From NCBI GenBank assembly GCA_910588955.1, contig CAJURQ010000010.1, forward strand, positions 19,347 to 83,346: a DNA stretch of 64,000 nucleotides, read 5' to 3'. The stretch's first letter is position 1; each line of letters begins with the position of its first letter. This stretch comes from an uncultured Lachnospiraceae bacterium. Lineage in GTDB: Bacteria; Bacillota; Clostridia; Lachnospirales; Lachnospiraceae. The position numbers were made by a program, and so were the translations under genes. The notes below the pieces were generated by a model. The model saw only the letters and a program-made list of their open reading frames with translations, was not told the DNA's origin and ran no database searches. Positions 1-8,998 of this stretch are shown one piece after another.

Positions 1-573
1 ACAGCCGATTTCTTGTGCCCGCTCGTTCATCAACGACACAAAATCCTCGATCGATCCCGAGACATACTCGCCCGCTGCATTTGCCGCCTCATTGGCGGAT
101 GCGACCATAATGCCGTAAAGGCATTCTTCCAGCGTGATAGATTCCCCCTCGTCCATACCCATATTAGAGCCGTCTGCGGGAACGCTGAAAACCGCCTCAT
201 GGCTGAATTCCACCATATCGTCCAGATTACCCCGTTCCATAGCGAGAAGCGCGGTCATGATTTTCGTAGTGCTGGCGGGATAAAGACGTTCATGGATATT
301 TTTAGAATAGAGAATCACGCCTGTGTTGGCGTCCATCAGAATCGCGGCTTGCGCGCCTATCTGCGGACCTGCAGGCCAGTTGTCGATTTCGTTTGACTGG
401 ATGGGAAGGGCTTTTCGCGCCTCGGCTTCTTCCTGTAGCTCTTCCAAGCTTGCCGCCTCCGCGGTCAAAATCAGACCATCCGAAAGAAAAGCGCCAAAAG
501 CCAAAACAAATGCAAGAAGGAGACTTGCGAGCCGTCCGGATTGCAAAAATTTATTTTGATGAAATAAAAGCAT
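1..573 (-). CDS. D-alanyl-D-alanine carboxypeptidase (serine peptidase S11 / low-MW PBP), N-terminal part; C-terminus runs off the left edge
   Basis: Not in the ORF track because there is no stop in the window. My translation of the minus strand from the ATG at 573-571 gives MLLFHQNKFLQSGRLASLLLAFVLAFGAF (signal/anchor), then ...AAILMDANTGVILYSKNIHERLYPASTTKIMTALLAME...MVASANEAANA. It carries the SxxK (STTK) and SxN (SAN) motifs. Plus-strand ORFs 13..396, 323..559 and 393..593 are shadows of this gene. Confidence 0.85.
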   Translation of the reverse strand, partial: MLLFHQNKFLQSGRLASLLLAFVLAFGAFLSDGLILTAEAASLEELQEEAEARKALPIQSNEIDNWPAGPQIGAQAAILMDANTGVILYSKNIHERLYPASTTKIMTALLAMERGNLDDMVEFSHEAVFSVPADGSNMGMDEGESITLEECLYGIMVASANEAANAAGEYVSGSIEDFVSLMNERAQEIGC

Positions 574-710
574 GGGGTAAAACCTTTCTATAATAACAAA
601 TATATGATATAAGTCATAAATTATGAGTCTGTCCTTACCTATCATACACTATTTGAAAGAAAAACTGTAGTGTATTCACAAAAAATACAAAATGAGTTAA
701 AATATATCAA

Positions 711-760
711 GCGCAAAAGAAAAACAAGCGGCGCGAAGCGACATTTGTTTTTCTTGCGAG
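711..760. repeat. Intergenic repeat family B, copy 1 (inverted repeat AGAAAAACAA / TTGTTTTTCT)
   Basis: Sequence GCGCAAAAGAAAAACAAGCGGCGCGAAGCGACATTTGTTTTTCTTGCGAG. It shares the exact 15-mer GACATTTGTTTTTCT (740-754) with 44525-44539. In both copies the 15-mer ends exactly 31 nt before the downstream ATG. Confidence 0.6.
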
Positions 761-785
761 TATTTAAAATCAAAAGGGAAAAGAC

Positions 786-1424
786 ATGAGACTAAGAAAT
801 GTGACAGGATCAAGGGAAGTGATAGCGGCGTGTGATTATGTGATACATAATCCGCAGGAATGCCGGGGAAAATGGCATGAGATTTTCGGAAACGATTCCC
901 CTATCCGCATAGAGATCGGTATGGGAAAAGGTCGTTTTATTATGGATCTGGCAAGGCAGAATCCGGATGTCAATTATGTGGGAATCGAGAAATATTCCAG
1001 CGTGTTGATTCGGGGTATACAGAAACTTGAGGCTGATCCGCTGCCGAACCTTTATTTTATCCGCATGGAGGCGGAGGAGATTACGTCTGTTTTCGGTGCG
1101 GGAGAGGTAGACCGCATTTATTTGAATTTTTCCGATCCGTGGCCGAAGGACAGACACGCGAAACGCAGACTTCCCTCCCGTGAATTTTTACACCGTTACG
1201 ATGAGATACTAATACCGGACGGCGTGATTGAGTTTAAGACGGATAACCGTGATTTGTTTCAGTTTGCGCTGGAAGAGCTGGAACCGGCGGGATGGAAAAT
1301 CTTACAGAAGACGGAGGACCTTCACCATAACGCGCAGATGATGGAAGGGAACGTCATGACGGAGTACGAGGAACGGTTTTCCTCGAAAGGAAACCCGATT
1401 TACAAATATGTGATTGCGAGATAA
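786..1424 (+). CDS. trmB: tRNA (guanine46-N7)-methyltransferase
   Basis: 212 aa. TrmB-like SAM-methyltransferase motifs IEIGMGKGRF and NFSDPWPKDRH. A purine-rich RBS lies upstream. Confidence 0.9.
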   Translation: MRLRNVTGSREVIAACDYVIHNPQECRGKWHEIFGNDSPIRIEIGMGKGRFIMDLARQNPDVNYVGIEKYSSVLIRGIQKLEADPLPNLYFIRMEAEEITSVFGAGEVDRIYLNFSDPWPKDRHAKRRLPSREFLHRYDEILIPDGVIEFKTDNRDLFQFALEELEPAGWKILQKTEDLHHNAQMMEGNVMTEYEERFSSKGNPIYKYVIAR

Positions 1425-1528
1425 AAATGCGGACAGGCATATGCAGAAAGAAATACTACGATGTGTGCGTTAAAAGTGGTTACTTATAAAAATCAGAATA
1501 GAAAAGGAAATGATAAGGAGGAAAAAAG

Positions 1529-1846
1529 ATGGAGTACAAATTTACAAGCCAAAATTTTGAGAGCGAGGTATTGGAGTCGGAAGTTCCCGTATTGGTGGAT
1601 TTTTATGCGGACTGGTGCGGTCCCTGTAAGATGATGGCACCCATTATTGCGCAGCTGGCGGAGAAGTATGACGGAAAAGTAAAAGTCGGAAAGTGCAATG
1701 TAGACGAGGAGGACGGGCTTGCCAGAATGTATCGTGTCATGAACATTCCCAATATGAAGATTTTCGTGAAGGGCGAAGCGGTCGGAAATATCGTGGGAGC
1801 GGTAGCGCCGGAAGAGCTGGAAGCGGAACTGGCAAAAGTGCTGTAA
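1529..1846 (+). CDS. trxA: thioredoxin
   Basis: 105 aa with the WCGPC active site. RBS AAGGAGG upstream. Confidence 0.93.
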   Translation: MEYKFTSQNFESEVLESEVPVLVDFYADWCGPCKMMAPIIAQLAEKYDGKVKVGKCNVDEEDGLARMYRVMNIPNMKIFVKGEAVGNIVGAVAPEELEAELAKVL

Positions 1847-1851
1847 AAGAA

Positions 1852-1897
1852 ATGTGCTGCAAAACTTTTCTTGTGTTTTGCAGCACATAGTTTTTTT
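1852..1897 (+). terminator. intrinsic terminator after trxA
   Basis: 14-bp stem ATGTGCTGCAAAAC (1852-1865) / GTTTTGCAGCACAT (1875-1888), followed by TTTTTTT. Confidence 0.85.
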
Positions 1898-1923
1898 GAA
1901 ACAGACTGCCGGGTCCGCGTCTA

Positions 1924-2115
1924 TCATATGATAAAAAGCGCAATGATAGTAATCAGGAAAGCCGCCAATAGGAACATTACAACGTAGGCAATCCTGCGTT
2001 TTACGGGTGATATGGGCGTATTGCTTCTCTTATTTTCATAATCCGTAAACTGTGCGCTGAAAGCGGCATTACGCATCGGGTCACGGTTAGGATTGAATGT
2101 GCCAAAAGTTCCCAT
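1924..2115 (-). CDS. small membrane-anchored hypothetical protein
   Basis: 63 aa with a C-terminal hydrophobic helix (VVMFLLAAFLITIIALFII). Its start lies 1 nt from the stop of the upstream antiporter gene, so it is probably co-transcribed. No family recognised. Confidence 0.45.
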   Translation of the reverse strand: MGTFGTFNPNRDPMRNAAFSAQFTDYENKRSNTPISPVKRRIAYVVMFLLAAFLITIIALFII

Positions 2116-2116
2116 A

Positions 2117-3304
2117 TTAATTGTCCTCTTTATTATATAGGAATTTCAATATAATCGGTGTTGCGATGGAAGAGAACAGAATCAGCAAAATCACCGCCAT
2201 AAAATAATCGGAAGTCAGTAAATTTGCCGCCAATCCCTTCTGTGCCACAATCAGCGCCACCTCTCCGCGGGTCATCATGCCGACGCCGATTTTTACGGAA
2301 TCGGAGAAGGTGTAACGACAGAGCTTGGCGGCAAGTCCGCAGCCGATGATTTTTGCTAACAGCGCAACAACTACGAAGCAGATACAGAAGATAAACAACG
2401 TGGAGTCCATTGCGTCAAAATTGGTTTTCAGACCGATGCTTGCGAAAAACAGGGGACCGAAAAGCATGTAGGAGCTAACGTCCACTTTTCTCTCTATGTA
2501 GGTATTGTCGCTCAAGTTGCATAGCACGATGCCGGCTATGTACGCTCCCGTGATATCCGCAATGCCGAAATATTTTTCCGCCACATAGGAAAGACCGAAA
2601 CAAAAAGCCATGGCGACAATGGGAATGCGCCTCGTATGGGGATAGCGTTTATCCAGAGCCAGAAAAATTTTAAATGTGACAAAACCACCTATCACAGCGA
2701 CAATAAAGAAAACAATGGTTTTTAAAATAACCATGCCGGGATGAGAGTCCGGGGACCTAAACCCGATTACAAACGTGAGTACGATAATGCCGATTACGTC
2801 GTCGATGATGGCGGCGCTGACAATTGTTGTGCCCACCTTACTTTTAATTTTACCCAGTTCCTGCAATGCCGCTACGGTAATGCTCACGCTGGTGGCAGTC
2901 ATGATCGTGCCGATAAAGACAGCCTTGAAAAACTCTTCGCTGCCCCAAGGAGCAACGCCGTAAAAACCCATGTATAAAAGTGCGCCAAACACCAGCGGTA
3001 CAAACACGCCCGCGCAGGCGATCAGAAAAGCGATCGGTCCCGTTTTGACTAATTCCTTCAAGTCTGTTTCCAGTCCCACCTCAAACATCAGAAGGACGAC
3101 GCCGATCTCCGCCATCTGTGTGATAAAGTCAGAAGGTTCCACCCAGCCCAGCACACAGGGACCGATTAGCAGTCCTGCCACAATCTGCCCCACAACCTGA
3201 GGCGCCTTACATTTCCTTGCCAACACTGCAAAAAATTTTGCGGCGAAAATAATAATCGCCAAGTCTCTCAACACTTCATAAGCTTCCATAACAAACCTCC
3301 TCAC
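2117..3304 (-). CDS. cation:proton antiporter (Na+/H+ exchanger, CPA2-like)
   Basis: 395 aa, polytopic. The N-terminus AKFFAVLARKCKAPQVVGQIVAGLLIGP is typical of the Na_H_Exchanger family. Confidence 0.85.
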   Translation of the reverse strand: MRRFVMEAYEVLRDLAIIIFAAKFFAVLARKCKAPQVVGQIVAGLLIGPCVLGWVEPSDFITQMAEIGVVLLMFEVGLETDLKELVKTGPIAFLIACAGVFVPLVFGALLYMGFYGVAPWGSEEFFKAVFIGTIMTATSVSITVAALQELGKIKSKVGTTIVSAAIIDDVIGIIVLTFVIGFRSPDSHPGMVILKTIVFFIVAVIGGFVTFKIFLALDKRYPHTRRIPIVAMAFCFGLSYVAEKYFGIADITGAYIAGIVLCNLSDNTYIERKVDVSSYMLFGPLFFASIGLKTNFDAMDSTLFIFCICFVVVALLAKIIGCGLAAKLCRYTFSDSVKIGVGMMTRGEVALIVAQKGLAANLLTSDYFMAVILLILFSSIATPIILKFLYNKEDN

Positions 3305-3376
3305 AGAAATTCGCTACATAAGAATACACCTTTTATGAGGAAAAAACAAGAGATATGGAACCTCATTTCTAATATT

Positions 3377-3946
3377 TTAACGAAAAAGGACGGATCTGTC
3401 CGACGAATAAGAAATACCGGATCCCGTGTTCGGACGCATGGCGCACCGGGCGCCGTCCGCGATGAAAACCAGTAAAAGGAAAAGAGCAGTAATTATGCGC
3501 CATTTGGGGGAGATTCTTTCGTACAATTTTTCATAAATAGGTAGGAAGAGACAGACCAGAATCGTTCCGCCAAGCCCGAAGACCACCGCTCCCAGAAGAC
3601 AGACTCTCCCGCTGAGATTTAAGAAGTGTCCGCTGTAATCCCACCAGCGGATGCCCCATTTGCGCTCGAGGAAAAAACTGGTCAGATATTCCAGAACCGT
3701 ACAGACAGTCATGGAAAGTACAAATACCAACAATGGTTTTTTTCTGATGTGGGAGAGTAATACGCAGAGCAAAAACCCGCCGGCTCCGTAGATGGGAAGA
3801 TAGGGTCCCTCATATACGCCCCTGTTTATAAAGGCGTGTTCCGTAAAAAGAAACAGCAGTACTTCCCAGAGCCAGCCCACAAAGGCGGTGATGAAAAAGA
3901 GGAGAACATAAAAGATAAAGCAGTCGGAGGTTGGTTTTCTTTTCAT
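3377..3946 (-). CDS. polytopic membrane protein (resembles PF06541, putative ABC-transporter type IV / CmpB-like)
   Basis: I place the start at the internal Met (MKRKPTSD...). The longer ORF to 4042 would overlap the divergent gene. Motif FVGWLWEVLLF...GVYEGPYLPIYGAGG. Confidence 0.6.
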   Translation of the reverse strand: MKRKPTSDCFIFYVLLFFITAFVGWLWEVLLFLFTEHAFINRGVYEGPYLPIYGAGGFLLCVLLSHIRKKPLLVFVLSMTVCTVLEYLTSFFLERKWGIRWWDYSGHFLNLSGRVCLLGAVVFGLGGTILVCLFLPIYEKLYERISPKWRIITALFLLLVFIADGARCAMRPNTGSGISYSSDRSVLFR

Positions 3947-4089
3947 GTTCTCAGAATGTCCGATTTTTGGGGGATTATTCAAAGGAGCTTTTAAAGTTTC
4001 TGGACGAGTGGGATAAAAATTCTCCAAAAAGTCAGTTTTCAAAAAATATTGTCCGATGTATAATAAAAGAAACGAAAGAAGGTGACATT

Positions 4090-4899
4090 TTGAATACAGC
4101 AGAGCAGACGCGTCAACAGGATTTAGAGCGGATAAAGTTATTCCGCTATATGGATGACGATTTTATGACTGCCTGCCTTGAAGATAATATTGAGGGTGTG
4201 GAACTGATACTTCAGATTGTCTTAGGGCGGAAGGATATAACGATCAAATCAGTCCGCACACAAAAACCGTTGAAGAATTTGCAGGGGCGTTCTGCTGTTT
4301 TAGATGTTCATGCGGTTGACAGCACAAAGAAAGAATTTGATGTTGAAATCCAGCGGCAGGATGCAGGAACAGGCGCAAAGAGAGCAAGGCATAACAGCAG
4401 CCTTTTGGACGCGCATATATTAAAGCCGGGAGAAGATACGGAGGATATTCCCGACAGTTATGTTATTTTCATTACAGAAAATGATGTTATGAAAGGAAAC
4501 CAATCAATATATCCGATAGAAAGATATGTCACGATCGGGGAAGATAAGGTATTGTTTGGCGATGGTTCGCATATCATATATGTTAATGGAAAGTATCGGG
4601 GAGATAATGAGATTGGCAGGCTGATGCACGATTTTTCATGTACCAATCCTGATGATATGAATTATGATGTTCTTGCATGGAAAGCAAGATATTTCAAGCA
4701 GGACGAGAAAGGAGTGGCGGCTATGTGTAAGATGATGGAAGATATGCGGAATGAAGCGGCTAAGAAAACTACAAAAGACAATGCCCGCAGACTTTTGAAA
4801 TTAGGAAAAATAAAAATAGATGAACTATCTGAATGTTTTCCTAGTTTGTCTGATAGTGATGTTAAGGAACTTGAAGCCGAGGTTATGCAGTTAGCATAA
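4090..4899 (+). CDS. Rpn-family PD-(D/E)XK nuclease / putative transposase
   Basis: Motifs MDDDFMTACLEDN and AVLDVHAVDSTKKEFDVEIQRQ (a D...E.Q nuclease core), typical of the TIGR01784 / PDDEXK_Rpn family. I place the start at TTG 4090, 7 nt after GAAAGAAGGTGA; ATG 4150 (MDDDF...) is the alternative. The gene is visibly AT-rich compared with its neighbours. Confidence 0.7.
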   Translation: MNTAEQTRQQDLERIKLFRYMDDDFMTACLEDNIEGVELILQIVLGRKDITIKSVRTQKPLKNLQGRSAVLDVHAVDSTKKEFDVEIQRQDAGTGAKRARHNSSLLDAHILKPGEDTEDIPDSYVIFITENDVMKGNQSIYPIERYVTIGEDKVLFGDGSHIIYVNGKYRGDNEIGRLMHDFSCTNPDDMNYDVLAWKARYFKQDEKGVAAMCKMMEDMRNEAAKKTTKDNARRLLKLGKIKIDELSECFPSLSDSDVKELEAEVMQLA

Positions 4900-4981
4900 T
4901 CGGCAAAATAATTTGATATCAAAATAACAGCGTAAAGGCGCATGGAACAGTAAATTGTAAACCATGCGCCTTTTCTTCTAG

Positions 4982-5055
4982 TCGAAGCGACAGGATTTGA
5001 ACCTGCGACCTCTGCGTCCCGAACGCAGCGCTCTACCAAACTGAGCCACGCTTCG
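4982..5055 (-). tRNA. tRNA-Pro (anticodon CGG)
   Basis: The reverse complement folds as a cloverleaf: CGAAGCG TG GCTC AGTTTGGT AGAGC G CTGCG TTCGGGA CGCAG AGGTC GCAGG TTCAAAT CCTGT CGCTTCG A. It has C1:G72, G37 and discriminator A. CCA is not encoded. ORF 4662..5039 is its spurious translation. Confidence 0.9.
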
Positions 5056-5072
5056 CTTTATGAACAACTATG

Positions 5073-5102
5073 ATAATACAACATTCTTAAGGGTATTGTC
5101 AA
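5073..5102 (-). promoter_or_regulatory. sigma-A-like promoter for tRNA-Pro
   Basis: On the minus strand: TTGACA (5102-5097), 18 nt, TATTAT (5078-5073). This sits about 18 nt upstream of the tRNA 5' end. Confidence 0.5.
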
Positions 5103-5250
5103 TGATTCTGAGAGAATAATTTTGCCGAATCCCCCTATTTATAAACATTTATGATATGATAGACTGTATATATTTGCTTTTTCTCTGCAAACGGCGAAAT
5201 ATGCGCGGTATTTTTGCAGGAAGAATTTTGATATTAGGAAGAAGGAAACG

Positions 5251-6108
5251 ATGGACAGACATGCGCTCAAAATTCCATGCAACGCCATGCCCTTTATATG
5301 CGAGGCAGACTACAGTGTTTCGCTTGGGAAGATGATGCACGCGGATCGGACCGCGCCGTTTCATGTAGCGATCTATCTGCTCAGAGGCTCCATGGAAATC
5401 ATAGAGGACGGCGATCGCTATGAACTTTTGCCGCATCGGCTCTTTTTTCTGAAAAGCGGGGTGCACCATTGGGGAGAAAAGCCTTTTGAGGAAGGGTCCG
5501 CTTGGTATTATGCGCATTTTTACTGTAGGGAGCCGGACGCGGGGATGGAGGAGCTTCCCGGGAATGTGTACTATGATACGAAGGTCTGTCTGAATCCGCA
5601 GGACAATGAGAAATATATCGCGATCCCGAAAATGACGGATTGCGAGCGGATGGGACAGATACAAAAAAATTTTGAGAAGATGATAGAGGCGCATGTGCAC
5701 GGGAACATTCCGCAGGCTTCGGTCAGGCTGTGGCAGATTTTTCTCGAGTGCGCAAAAAGCGCGCCGGGGGATTCCGTGCAAAATGTTTATGTAAGAAAGC
5801 TGCGGGAATACATACAGGCGCATTATGCAGAAAGTTTTGAGACAACAGAGGTGGAGTCGGTCTGTGGTCTTTCCTATAAATATGCGGGAACACTATTTAA
5901 GGAAGAAACGGGGCAGACGATCCGTGAATATCAGCGGACGCTGCGCTTACGGAAAGCGAAGCAGCTGTTGAAGGAGACGGACAAACCGATCACGGACATT
6001 GCGCAGCTCATAGGCTTTTCAGATGTGTTTTATTTCAGCAAGGTGTTTCGTGCGGAGCAGGGATGCCCGCCCAGCGAGTATCGCAGGACGTATATTCCGG
6101 GAATTTGA
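5251..6108 (+). CDS. AraC family transcriptional regulator
   Basis: 285 aa: an N-terminal cupin-like domain and a C-terminal HTH_18 (ITDIAQLIGFSDVFYFSKVFR...PSEYR). Confidence 0.85.
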   Translation: MDRHALKIPCNAMPFICEADYSVSLGKMMHADRTAPFHVAIYLLRGSMEIIEDGDRYELLPHRLFFLKSGVHHWGEKPFEEGSAWYYAHFYCREPDAGMEELPGNVYYDTKVCLNPQDNEKYIAIPKMTDCERMGQIQKNFEKMIEAHVHGNIPQASVRLWQIFLECAKSAPGDSVQNVYVRKLREYIQAHYAESFETTEVESVCGLSYKYAGTLFKEETGQTIREYQRTLRLRKAKQLLKETDKPITDIAQLIGFSDVFYFSKVFRAEQGCPPSEYRRTYIPGI

Positions 6109-6120
6109 GGATGGAGACAT

Positions 6121-7032
6121 ATGAAAACGGTGCAGAAGATTGAATTTCATACCGGCAGCAAGGAGGAACTGCTTCCCGGTTTTACGGAGGAATTTCCTTA
6201 TATCGCGACCAGAGTTGAACTGGACAAATATACGGGGCGTTATGTGCCGTGGCACTGGCACAGGGCGGTGGAAATCTTTTATATGGAGAGCGGCAGTCTG
6301 GAATATCATACGCCCCACGGAAGGATAGAGTTTCCCGCCGGAAGCGGCGGCATGGTAAATGCGAATGTGCTCCATATGACGAGAGTGCTGTCACGGACAG
6401 AAAAGAATATACAGCTTCTCCATATTTTTGACGCATCCCTGCTTGGCGGAGAGCAGGGGAGCAGAATAGAAAGGCAATATATTGCCCCTATTGTGACGGC
6501 GCCGCAAATAGAGGTTATCCCTGTTTTTCCGGGAAATGCGCTGCAGGATTGTATTTTGGAACGTATTTTGGAATCATTACATCTTCCAAATGACAAATTT
6601 GGGTATGAGATGAAACTGCGGGAGGCATTGTCGGAAATATGGTTAATGCTGTTTGAGCTGTCCCGTCCCATGCTGGAGCAGGGAGGGGAGGCGAACAGGA
6701 ATAATGATAAGATTAAGCTGATGATGATTTATATTCACGAACATTATCCGGAAAAGATTTCCAATCGGGAACTGGCGGCAGCGGCGTATCTCAGCGAGCG
6801 GGAATGCTTCCGAGTATTCCACGATTATCTGCACATGACGCCCGTGGAATATATCAAGAGTTACCGCCTGCAGAAGGCAAGTCAGATGCTGGAAAAAGGG
6901 CAGGAGCCGATTACAGAGATCTGTCATGCCTGCGGTTTGGGAAGCAGCAGTTACTTTGGAAAGGTATTCCGGGAGTACGCGGGCTGTACGCCTCTGGAAT
7001 ATCGGAGAAAATGGCAGGATAGTGATATATAA
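6121..7032 (+). CDS. AraC family transcriptional regulator
   Basis: 303 aa: a cupin N-terminus (WHWHRAVEIFY) and a C-terminal AraC HTH (ITEICHACGLGSSSYFGKVFR...PLEYRR). Confidence 0.85.
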   Translation: MKTVQKIEFHTGSKEELLPGFTEEFPYIATRVELDKYTGRYVPWHWHRAVEIFYMESGSLEYHTPHGRIEFPAGSGGMVNANVLHMTRVLSRTEKNIQLLHIFDASLLGGEQGSRIERQYIAPIVTAPQIEVIPVFPGNALQDCILERILESLHLPNDKFGYEMKLREALSEIWLMLFELSRPMLEQGGEANRNNDKIKLMMIYIHEHYPEKISNRELAAAAYLSERECFRVFHDYLHMTPVEYIKSYRLQKASQMLEKGQEPITEICHACGLGSSSYFGKVFREYAGCTPLEYRRKWQDSDI

Positions 7033-7117
7033 TGGCGGGAATTAAATATTTTTACCATTCGGACTGCAATATAATGATACCCGTAAAGACAACATACATT
7101 TACGGAGGAGGTTCGAT

Positions 7118-7702
7118 ATGGCAGAGTATAAAGACAGTGACTTTCTGGAAACCGCAGACAGCGGCACGTTAAAACTGATTGCCCGGACAAGGGAGCTGAC
7201 GCGGGAATATTATCTTTCGGATTATGAGGACACGGAAAAGAGAGAAGCTATTTTGCGGGAGCTTCTAGGCGGCATGGGAGAAAATGTGAAAATTGACACG
7301 CCGTTCCACTGTGACCGCGGGAACAATATTTTTCTGGGAAATGATGTGATTATCGGCATTAACTGCACCTTTGTGGACAATGCGGAAATTCGCATAGGAA
7401 ACCGGGTACTGATTGCGTTGAACGTGCAGTTTTACACAAGCTCGCACCCGGTTCTGCCACAGGAGCGTCTGGTGGATGACTGGAAAGAGAAGGGAACCAC
7501 ATTTTTTAGAACATATGCGCGCCCGATAGAAATAAAGGATAACGTCTGGATCGGCGGCGGCAGTATTCTTCTGCCGGGCGTGACGGTCGGGGAAAACAGC
7601 GTGATCGGGGCGGGGAGCGTTGTGACCCGTTCGATTCCGGCAAACTGCGTCGCGGTGGGAAATCCATGCAGGGTTATCCGTACATTGGAGGAGGAAGTTT
7701 AG
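7118..7702 (+). CDS. maa: sugar O-acetyltransferase (maltose/galactoside acetyltransferase family, hexapeptide repeat)
   Basis: 194 aa. Mac N-terminal region plus left-handed beta-helix repeats (VWIGGGSILLPGVTVGENSVIGAGSVV). Confidence 0.85.
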   Translation: MAEYKDSDFLETADSGTLKLIARTRELTREYYLSDYEDTEKREAILRELLGGMGENVKIDTPFHCDRGNNIFLGNDVIIGINCTFVDNAEIRIGNRVLIALNVQFYTSSHPVLPQERLVDDWKEKGTTFFRTYARPIEIKDNVWIGGGSILLPGVTVGENSVIGAGSVVTRSIPANCVAVGNPCRVIRTLEEEV

Positions 7703-7704
7703 GT

Positions 7705-8502
7705 ATGAGTCTGGAAAACATTAAAATTATTTTTTTCGATATCGACGGCACGCTGATCGATATCCACAGCAGAAAGATAACGGAGAGAACGCTTAAGACA
7801 CTGATCCGGTTGAAGGAGCGGAATTTCATTCTTTGTCTCTCGACAGGAAGGTCTCCGATGACCGTGCCGCATTTTGAGGGATGGAAGCCGGACGTGTATC
7901 TCACCTTTAACGGCTCGTACTGTTATGACGGGCAGCAGGTGATCTACAAGAATCCGCTCTCCACCGCGGACGCAAAGCGGATTGTAAAAAACGCCGCCTC
8001 GATCAACAGACCCGTGTCAGCTGCCACGCCGGAAAAACTGGCGGCGAACGGGAAAGATGAGGATTTAGTGAAATATTTTGCGCTTGCCAAGCTGGACGTG
8101 GATGTGTCCGATGATTTTGGTGAGATGATAGAGAACGATGAGATATATCAGATCATGTCGGGAGGACGGGAAAGCGAGTACCCGGCATTCCTGCAAGACG
8201 TGGAAAACGCGAAGATAGCGGCATGGTGGGACCGGGCGGTGGATATTATCCCGGCGGACAGCGGAAAAGGCGTCGGGATTGAACATGTGCTGGCACATTA
8301 TCATTTGAAAAAGGAGGAAGCGCTCGCCTTTGGGGACGGCAACAACGACATTGAAATGCTGCAGGCGGTAGGTACGGGCGTTGCCATGGAGAACGGATCG
8401 GATGAGTTGAAGGCGGTGGCGGACGATATATGTGGGCACGCGGCGGAGGACGGGGTCTATCATTACTGCGTGAAGCACGGGCTGATCGAGGAAATTGAAT
8501 GA
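7705..8502 (+). CDS. Cof-type HAD-IIB phosphatase
   Basis: Start placed at the internal Met (MSLENIKIIFFDIDGTL). HAD motif I is DIDGT and motif IV is GDGNNDIEM. Confidence 0.85.
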   Translation: MSLENIKIIFFDIDGTLIDIHSRKITERTLKTLIRLKERNFILCLSTGRSPMTVPHFEGWKPDVYLTFNGSYCYDGQQVIYKNPLSTADAKRIVKNAASINRPVSAATPEKLAANGKDEDLVKYFALAKLDVDVSDDFGEMIENDEIYQIMSGGRESEYPAFLQDVENAKIAAWWDRAVDIIPADSGKGVGIEHVLAHYHLKKEEALAFGDGNNDIEMLQAVGTGVAMENGSDELKAVADDICGHAAEDGVYHYCVKHGLIEEIE

Positions 8503-8506
8503 AAAA

Positions 8507-8533
8507 GTGCGGGGGATTTTTAAGCCCCCGCAC
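8507..8533. terminator. hairpin between convergent genes (terminator, clearest on the minus strand)
   Basis: Perfect 9-bp stem GTGCGGGGG / CCCCCGCAC. On the minus strand it is followed by TTTTT (8506-8502). It also lies directly after the HAD gene stop. Confidence 0.6.
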
Positions 8534-8762
8534 CTACCATGTAAGCCATGAAACTGTAGCTGTCCTGCACATCCGTCAGGTAAAGATCCAGCCAGAGCTC
8601 TCCCGGATTGATCATCCGAAGCATCTGCAAAACTGCTGCATTCTGCTTCAGATCGCAGAGCGTTTCGTTAGGCATTTCCAGAAATACGCTGCCGTGACTG
8701 TTTTCTACCATCTGGATGAACTTATCTGTGTTCTTGATTGTTCTGATATTAACCTTATACAT
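8520..8762 (-). CDS. hypothetical small protein
   Basis: 80-aa ORF whose stop lies in the loop of the terminator hairpin. No motif recognised. Confidence 0.4.
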   Translation of the reverse strand: MYKVNIRTIKNTDKFIQMVENSHGSVFLEMPNETLCDLKQNAAVLQMLRMINPGELWLDLYLTDVQDSYSFMAYMVGAGA

Positions 8763-8998
8763 AATTTTCTCTCCCTTCTTACATTTTATATGGATTTTAG
8801 TTTCCTCTGCCCTTTTCTTTTGTGTTACCTTGTGATATGATTATATCATCATAAAAAGTGATAATGTTAGGAATAAATCCGCATTATATATGATTATATT
8901 TCCAAACATGATTCTAGTAAGGTTTCATGTATAAAATGCAGTCTGCTGAGAGAAATCATGTACAGTTGACAGCATATACAGCGAAAAGGAGAAGAAAT

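Noticed and set aside
13-593. Plus-strand ORFs 13..396, 323..559 and 393..593.
   Set aside because: The minus strand encodes a convincing PBP-type carboxypeptidase N-terminus (signal peptide, SxxK, SxN). The plus-strand ORFs are its shadows.
1425-1470. GCGGACAGGCATATGCAGAAAG after trmB as a fourth family-A repeat copy.
   Set aside because: It resembles only the short ACAGG..CAT.TGCA core. The diagnostic GCGTATAAGCAGAGTC arm is absent.
3931-4089. N-terminal extension of the Rpn ORF (start at 3931), and similar extensions at 3947..4042, 7666, 8927, 9990, 12068, 14671, 33052, 33615, 34604, 37335, 41789, 50211..50240, 52634..52723 and 54392..54532.
   Set aside because: The extensions overlap divergent genes or lack an RBS. 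Internal starts with good Shine-Dalgarno spacing give N-termini typical of the families.
4662-5039. 125-aa minus-strand ORF.
   Set aside because: Its N-terminus (MVERCVRDAEVAGSNPVAS) is the translation of the tRNA-Pro gene, and the rest is antisense to the Rpn gene.
8520-8762. Possible distant paralogy between the 80-aa ORF and the HPr-like protein at 38201..38428. Both begin M..VN(I/V) and share the pattern KF(I/V)...F.L...D.K.
   Set aside because: The hand alignment needs gaps and only a handful of positions match. This needs a profile or structure comparison before anything can be claimed.
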